Positions 37,392-42,707 of a stretch of DNA of 42,707 nt are shown here, piece by piece. Within the stretch, counting starts at the first letter, position 1; each line of letters starts with the position of its first letter. A model generated the notes under the pieces. That model saw nothing but the letters and a program-made list of their open reading frames with translations, was not told the DNA's origin and made no database searches. This DNA is from Pelomyxa schiedti. Taxonomy: Eukaryota > Protista > Evosea. Made by a program: the position numbers and the translations under genes. Location of the stretch: assembly GCA_020536535.1 (NCBI GenBank), contig JAHLWZ010000933.1:1-42707 (forward strand), given 5' to 3'.

Positions 37392-40300
37392 TCAGAAGAG
37401 AGAAAAGCGAAGTCCTGAACTCTTTGAGACCCATGGCGTCTGTTCATCATGAGATTCCGTCTGCACAGTCTGGATGATGGCCGACTCGATATCGTTCCAC
37501 GATGTTCCGGGTTCTGCCTTCTCAACAACTGGGGCATGTGTGATGTCAGAAAGTGGTTAAGGGGTGGGGGGGTGGAAATGGAGGCAAAGCAACCTTCGAG
37601 GAAGCAACCAGTGAAGAATCCATGGTTCTGCCTGTTTGGGAGAGTGCAAACATCCAGTGTTGTCCTCCCTGTGTGTTACATGCAGATGCGAAGAAGAAGC
37701 GAGGCAGGGTGATTCAGGTGAAAACCCAGAGGGAAAAAAAAAGAAACCTGGGCTTGTCGGATAAATCAAAACGCACCCAGCTCGGAAATCTTCTTTCGTC
37801 AATTGGAGCTGGGTGGTGGCGTCTGACCCGCGTGTCTGCCAATTTCAGAAGATCAGTGTGGCTGATTATAAATGAAAGAACGTGGCTTATCGCGTCACCT
37901 TGAAGGCACTCTTCTCACTGGATTGGCGGCAAGCATCAAGAATGCCGATTGTCAGATCGGAGTATCTCTTCATTACATCAATCACAGCGCCAAGCATCGG
38001 TGCTTTGACCTCCATGATGTCATAACTGGTCTCCGTGAAAGCACTCGCGTCTTCTGTCATCAGCAGGAAGTTGTGTCCGTCCACCTGCCTTCCGTGTCCG
38101 GCAAAATAAAAGATGCTCGCAACCTGATGATGTCTGTCATTCTCAAAATTCGACACAACAAGAGAAAGAGAGACCACCAAACCTTGTTTCCTGCCCTCTT
38201 TTCCTTGATCAGTGCTTCTTTGAATTTTCGCAAGTTGCTATTAAACACGTCGAGATTTGGGATATTCTTGTAGCAGGCCACTTCAAATTGACATTTGTTC
38301 TTCAGGAACTGCATTGTCATCAATTTAAAAACAAAGTTTGTTTGGGAAATGGAAGAGACCTCACAAATAGAGTCTGCATCATTGATGGCGTTTTTGAGTG
38401 AACGGGGCTCCCCATAAGATTGATTTCCAACAACAAATGCAAAGCACTTGTACCTCATATCAACACCGAAAAGAGGTACAAGTGCTCCCACTGAAAAAAA
38501 AATTGTGAGAAAAAGCATAGAGAGGGCGGAGGATCTTGTCTCTGCCAGTTGCCAACCTGTCGTCGACTTGAGGGAACTGTGGGACGATTGCTCGTGACCT
38601 CTTGCCAAATGCATTTTGACTTCCTCGACAATGAATTCTGCATCACCAAAAACGAGGCCAAGGTCACACAATTTCTGCACGGAGCAATTGACAAGTCTTC
38701 TTCCTCTCACTTTATTCGCTCTGATGATTTTCAGGCAGTCGTCATCCACACCAACAGATTCAAGCCACCGACACGTTTGGTCTGTGTTGGCTGTTTGAAT
38801 TTGAAAGGGTGTCGCTGTTTCAGCACTCGTGAGTGTTCCAGGTATTTGTGCGGGAATGTCTAGTTTACATGCTGTTGATGGTGAGTCAAATGTGAGTGAT
38901 AAATTTGGAGAATTCAAAGATGTGCTGGCTGTTTGTGTGTTCAGTACAGGTGCCAAATCCATTGAGGAGTTTGGCAACGGCAACGGTTGTTGGTTGTATT
39001 GAGGAATTAGAATGGTTTCAGGCTTTGATGCAATTGTTGGAGGCTTGCTTGGGAGTGACAGTATCAAAGGAGATGTGGGGGCTGCAGGTGGTGTGTTTGT
39101 TGTAGGAGTTGGAATTTCTGAGGGACTTGTCTTTAATTGGTTATGAAGTGAATGAATGAAGTTATTCTCAAAGTATTCTTTGCCTGTGGCAAGAGCCATG
39201 GCATTCGGGTGTGACCCTTTTTGAGAGGGATGGAGGGAAGATTCAGTAGATGGTGGAATATGGATATATCAAACTGAGAGGGCGATTCTGTGAATCAAGA
39301 ATCTCAATGGGAATTTCAAAAAGGGCATCAGGGAGAGTGTTTTCAGGGCCTCCTGAGACAAGCCAAATGTGTGCGTTCAGGGGGTATTTTGGGCCACCAA
39401 CAGTGGAGCATGAAAATGCAGATGTTTGAGGTGGTTGCAGAAAGATCAGAAGAGAAGCACCCAAAGTAGGATGGATCACCCAAGTAAACCAAAAGAGCTG
39501 TATCTCTATCGATGAAGGGTCACCGCACAATGGAGCAATGGCACATACCTCCGAGACCCAGATACGCGAGTGACTTGTTCGATTCGAGTGCCCTCGCAAT
39601 GTTTGTTGCTCCCTCACTCCCAATTTTGTTGCCTGAGTGATGTTTGATTTGGAGAGTCAACCACCATCCGAGAGTTGAGAGAGAACAATGGAACGATGGT
39701 AACACACATGATATATTCAGAGACACAAGTGACTTGTTCGATTCGAGTGCCCTCGCAATGCTTGTTGCTCCCTCAATCCCGATTGTGTTGTCTGAGTGAT
39801 GTTTGATTTGGAGAGAACGGAATGATGGGAACACACCTGATATATTCAGAGACACGAGTGACTTGTTCGATTCGAGTGCCCTCACAATGCTTGTTGCTCC
39901 CTCACTCCCAATTGTGTTGCCTGAGTGATGTTTGATTTGGAGAGTCAACCACGATACGAGAATTGAGAGAGAGAACAACGGAATGATGGTAACACACATG
40001 ATATATTCAGAGACACGAGTGACTTGTTCGATTCGAGTGCCTTCGCAATGTTTGTTGCTCCCTCACTCCCAATTGTGTTGCCTGAGTGGTGATGTTTGAT
40101 TTGGAGAGAACGGAGTGATGGGAACACACCTGATATATTCAGAGACACGAGTGACTGGTTCGATTCGAGGGCCCTCGCAATGCTTGTTGCTCCCTCACTT
40201 CCAATTTCGTTGTCTGAGTGATGTTTGATTTGGAGAGTCAACCATGATACGAGAATTGAGAGAGAGCACAATGGAACGATGGTAACACACATGATATATT

Positions 40301-41535
40301 CAGAGACACGAGTGACTTGTTCGATTCGAGTGCCCTCGCAATGTTCGTTGCTCCCTCACTCCCAATTGTGTTGCCTGAGTGGTGATGTTTGATTTGGAGA
40401 GTCAACCATGATACGAGAATTGAGAGAGAGCACAACGGAATGATGGGAACACACATGATATCTTCAGATACACGAGTGACTTGGTCGATTCGAGTGCCCT
40501 CGCAATGCTTGTTGCTCCCTCACTTCCAATTGTGTTGTCTGAGTGATGTTTGATTTGGAGAGTCAACCACCATCCGAGAATTGAGAGAGAGCACAATGGA
40601 ACGATGGTAACACACATGATATCTTCAGAGACACGAGTGACTTGTTCGATTCGAGTGCCCTCGCAATGCTTGTTGCTCCCTCGATCCCAATTGTGTTATC
40701 TGAGTGATGATGTTTGATTTGGAGAGTCAACCACCATCCAAGAATTGAGAGAGAGCACAAGGGGAACACACTTGATATATCCAGAGACACGAGTGACTTG
40801 TTCGATTCGAGTGCCCTCGCAATGCTTGTTGCTCCCTCACTCCCAATTTTGTTGCCTGAGTGATGTTTGATTTGGAGAGTCGACCATGATACGAGAATTG
40901 AGAGAGAGCACAATGGAATGATGGTAACACACATGATATATTCAGAGACACGAGTGACTGGTTCGATTCGAGTGCCCTCGCAATGTTTGTTGCTCCCTCA
41001 ATCCCAATTTTGTTGTCTGAGTGATTATGTTTGATTTGGAGAGGCAACCACCATCCGAGAATTGAGAGAGAGCACAATGGAACGATGGTAACACACATGA
41101 TATCTTCAGAGACACGAGTGACTTGTTCGATTCGAGTGCCCTCGCAATGTTTGTTGCTCCCTCACTCCCAATTTTGTTGTCTGAGTGATTATGTTTGATT
41201 TGGAGAGGCAACCACCATCCGAGAATTGAGAGAGAGCACAAGGGGAACACACCTGATATATTCAGAGACACGAGTGACTGGTTCGATTCGAGTGCTCTCG
41301 CAATGTTTGTTGCTCCCTCACTTCCAATTTTGAGGTAGAGCTTCAGGTACCTACAAGTACAGTATGGACTCGCAAGTTCCGCACACACCCTCCCAAGTTT
41401 AACTTGGGAATCTTTGGTGATAACTTGGTGACTTTGTAAGAGACTGGTGCCCCGAGAGGATGATTGTTCGGCCCCCTTCGAGTCCGTTGGTGGAAAAAAA
41501 AAGGGGGGACCTAAGTCCTCAGGGTACCATGGCAC
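37392..41535 (-). CDS. LRR (12 RI/NLRC3-like repeats) - SAM - caspase-fold (peptidase C14) protein; 5' end unresolved, possibly extending to about 42018
   Basis: 28-aa LRR exons splice in frame through exon GGPENTLPD...RPL into R-SHPNAMALATGK, then a Pro/Thr linker, SAM (QTCRWLESVGV...NKVRGRRL...LCDLGL), FVVGNQSY, YFAGHG, ILDACR, YPTSPG, HGFFTGCF and QTPWVSKS...SLF*. Confidence 0.8.
39549..41333 (-). repeat. Tandem array of 12 exon+intron units (84-nt LRR exon plus 45-80-nt intron)
   Basis: Anchor GATTCGAG at 39581, 39740, 39869, 40030, 40162, 40323, 40487, 40648, 40804, 40965, 41129 and 41285; periods 129-164 nt; GTGTGT donors and ACTCAG acceptors. Confidence 0.95.
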
Positions 41536-42080
41536 TTGGCCACGAAATGGACGTTAAAATTTGATGAAAGAGGCCGGAATTGGCTGAAATTCTTCCTCTT
41601 CTTCCTGGCGTCTGCTTTCACTGACACAGCATCTTTTAGAGAGTGTCTCTTCTGCTTTCTCAGACATACTGCTGATTCCATCCAACCTTTGAGAAGTTCT
41701 GAAAATACTGTGTTTCTCCACTCTGCGAGCTGGAGAAAGATGCAGACACAGGGCTTGCCGGATCTGAGTGACAACCGCGGCGAATTCACGTTTGGTTGTT
41801 TCACAACAACCTGTTTCATTGAATGCCGCCGTTGGGTCTCTAAGTTTGTGAATAACGAAGAAGGAGGATAATAATAAATAACTTTGAATCATTCGGTTGG
41901 TATTATGAGTACACCCGTTAATGAAGGTCAGGAGGACGAGAACCTCTTGAGGGGGGATTCTGCAAAGATATGCCATCACCCCATGTTCCAGATATGCACT
42001 CCAAGAATCACACAACATCGGATGACGAGAATTAAGAGAATCCCTTTCGGTTTGTAGTTATGAAGGGACTCATCCCAACA

Positions 42081-42196
42081 GCACCACACTTCTGGAGATT
42101 GATGCAAAGTAGGCCAGGTGGCACATCACTCTCAAATGTGCTCAGCAGCGCAACAAACACCGGCTGAGTGTCTCACACCAAGTTGGAATTCGATTT
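42081..42196 (+). repeat. Diverged direct repeat, copy 2, lacking about 93 bp present in copy 1
   Basis: Aligns to 36981-37015 and then directly to 37109-37197. Confidence 0.8.
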
Positions 42197-42229
42197 TGGT
42201 CGACTACGTGGACGTTGAAGGAGGAGGTG

Positions 42230-42707
42230 ATGGCAACCACCACGGGCGCGCCGCAGTTGGTCACCGAAGTGACGGACCACATCGTCGGGGGGTTTTTCTC
42301 TGGCGTGGAGAAATACACCGGGCGGCTGGTCGGCGGCCTGCGGGACTGCGCCTTCGGCACCTGCGTGTCGGGGCAGGCCACGTACAAGGGGCAGTGGGCG
42401 AACGGGCGGCCCCACGGCCGCGGGAGCTTCTCCCGGGGCCCGTGGTTCTGCCACGACGGCGTGTGGGACCACGGCCACCTGGTGTGGGGCGTGGTGGGGG
42501 AGACCGACGGCGCCGCCCAGTACACGCAGTACACGGGCGACTTCGCGGCGCCGGGCCCCAGCGACGCCCCCGGGGACTGGCGGGAGACCCACCGCGCGCA
42601 GAGGCACGGCTGGGGCGTGCTGCGCAAGGGGACCGTCGCCGAAAGGGACGCGGAGGGGGTGCTGACCGTCGCGGCCATCGCGTACTGCGGGGAGTGGCAG
42701 CAGGGCA
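42230..42707 (+). CDS. MORN-repeat protein, 5' part; runs off the window end
   Basis: Open frame MATTTGAPQ...YKGQWANGRPHGRG...YTGDF...RHGWG...YCGEWQQG with no stop before the end; GC-rich third positions. Confidence 0.8.
   Translation, partial: MATTTGAPQLVTEVTDHIVGGFFSGVEKYTGRLVGGLRDCAFGTCVSGQATYKGQWANGRPHGRGSFSRGPWFCHDGVWDHGHLVWGVVGETDGAAQYTQYTGDFAAPGPSDAPGDWRETHRAQRHGWGVLRKGTVAERDAEGVLTVAAIAYCGEWQQG

Noticed and set aside
39549-41333. Regular repeat array as a CRISPR array or non-coding satellite
   Set aside because: Units are LRR exons with canonical splice sites; there are no unique spacers or cas genes and the context is eukaryotic.
42218-42232. AAGGAGGAGGTG before ATG as a Shine-Dalgarno site implying a bacterial insert
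   Set aside because: The surrounding DNA is spliceosomal-intron-rich and a single purine run is expected by chance.

Overview
Gene-dense eukaryotic (protist) genomic DNA with many short GT-AG introns (about 45-130 nt), short intergenic gaps and abrupt GC-rich patches. The gene style and one lineage-specific motif suggest an amoebozoan such as the archamoeba Pelomyxa; this is an inference. The left two-thirds holds housekeeping genes: RasGAP, HEI10-like RING ligase, USP53/54-like deubiquitinase, PlsC acyltransferase, CorA transporter, RBM34/Nop12, a rabenosyn-5/Vac1-like protein, ARF1, gamma-glutamyl hydrolase and D-cysteine desulfhydrase. The right third is an accessory, duplication-rich region with two paralogous SAM + caspase-fold (C14) protease genes carrying different N-terminal repeat arrays: MORN repeats in one, and 12 near-identical one-exon-per-repeat LRRs in the other. 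Two intergenic segments (2664-2947 + and 23359-23584 -) fold into long closed structures and are candidate ncRNAs. All exon structures were inferred by eye.
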